From Lingula anatina (lineage: Eukaryota > Animalia > Brachiopoda): a stretch of 64,000 nt of DNA. The translations under genes were made by a program, and so were the position numbers. The notes beneath the pieces are model-generated. The model was not told the origin of the DNA. It searched no databases and saw only the letters and a program-made list of their open reading frames with translations. Positions 63,854 through 64,000 of this stretch are shown one piece after another (positions within the stretch are counted from its first letter, which is position 1; every line of letters begins with the position of its first letter). Location of the stretch: NCBI GenBank assembly GCA_051362555.1, contig CM120646.1:19592001-19656000 (forward strand). The letters are read 5' to 3'.

Positions 63854-63964
63854 CCAAGAGAGCAACAGGGCCCATTCAGCGACCTGAATGTGTTGAAGAA
63901 CAAACCGGCCCACTTAGCTGTGTTCCTACATTATCTGATATCAAACAGTGACCCGTCCCCTTTG
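63854..63964 (+). CDS. ARHGEF11: RhoGEF exon 13 (start of the RGS-like/RH domain)
   Basis: PREQQGPFSDLNVLKNKPAHLAVFLHYLISNSDPSPL (LKxxPAHLAVFL...DP signature); TTG|gtaagt donor. The gene continues off the window. Confidence 0.96.
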
Positions 63965-64000
63965 GTAAGTCAATGCAATAAACAGCAGACTCCACACAAC

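Overview
Eukaryotic (animal, AT-rich, intron-rich; repeat content suggests an invertebrate, possibly a mollusc, but that is inference) genomic DNA, not prokaryotic. Two spliced genes lie head-to-head about 1 kb apart. On the minus strand is the 5' half of an SLC37A1/2-like sugar-phosphate exchanger (8 firm exons plus 1 probable, 7179->1988). On the plus strand is the 5' part of a PDZ- and RGS-like-domain RhoGEF of the ARHGEF11/ARHGEF12/RhoGEF2 family (13 phase-consistent core exons, 8168->63964, continuing off the window). The most notable extras are: (i) an uncharacterised 1035-aa uninterrupted ORF nested antisense in a RhoGEF intron that splits the PDZ domain; (ii) a series of phase-compatible candidate alternative first exons that would give RhoGEF isoforms with an extended N-terminus, a truncated PDZ or no PDZ; (iii) several frame-preserving candidate micro/cassette exons; (iv) MITE families, including a MITE nested in a MITE with a 5-bp TSD, and strong hairpins just downstream of splice donors; (v) a clustered CTCF-like/CCAAT/E-box element. 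Exon boundaries were read by hand from GT-AG sites and reading phase. No expression data were available.
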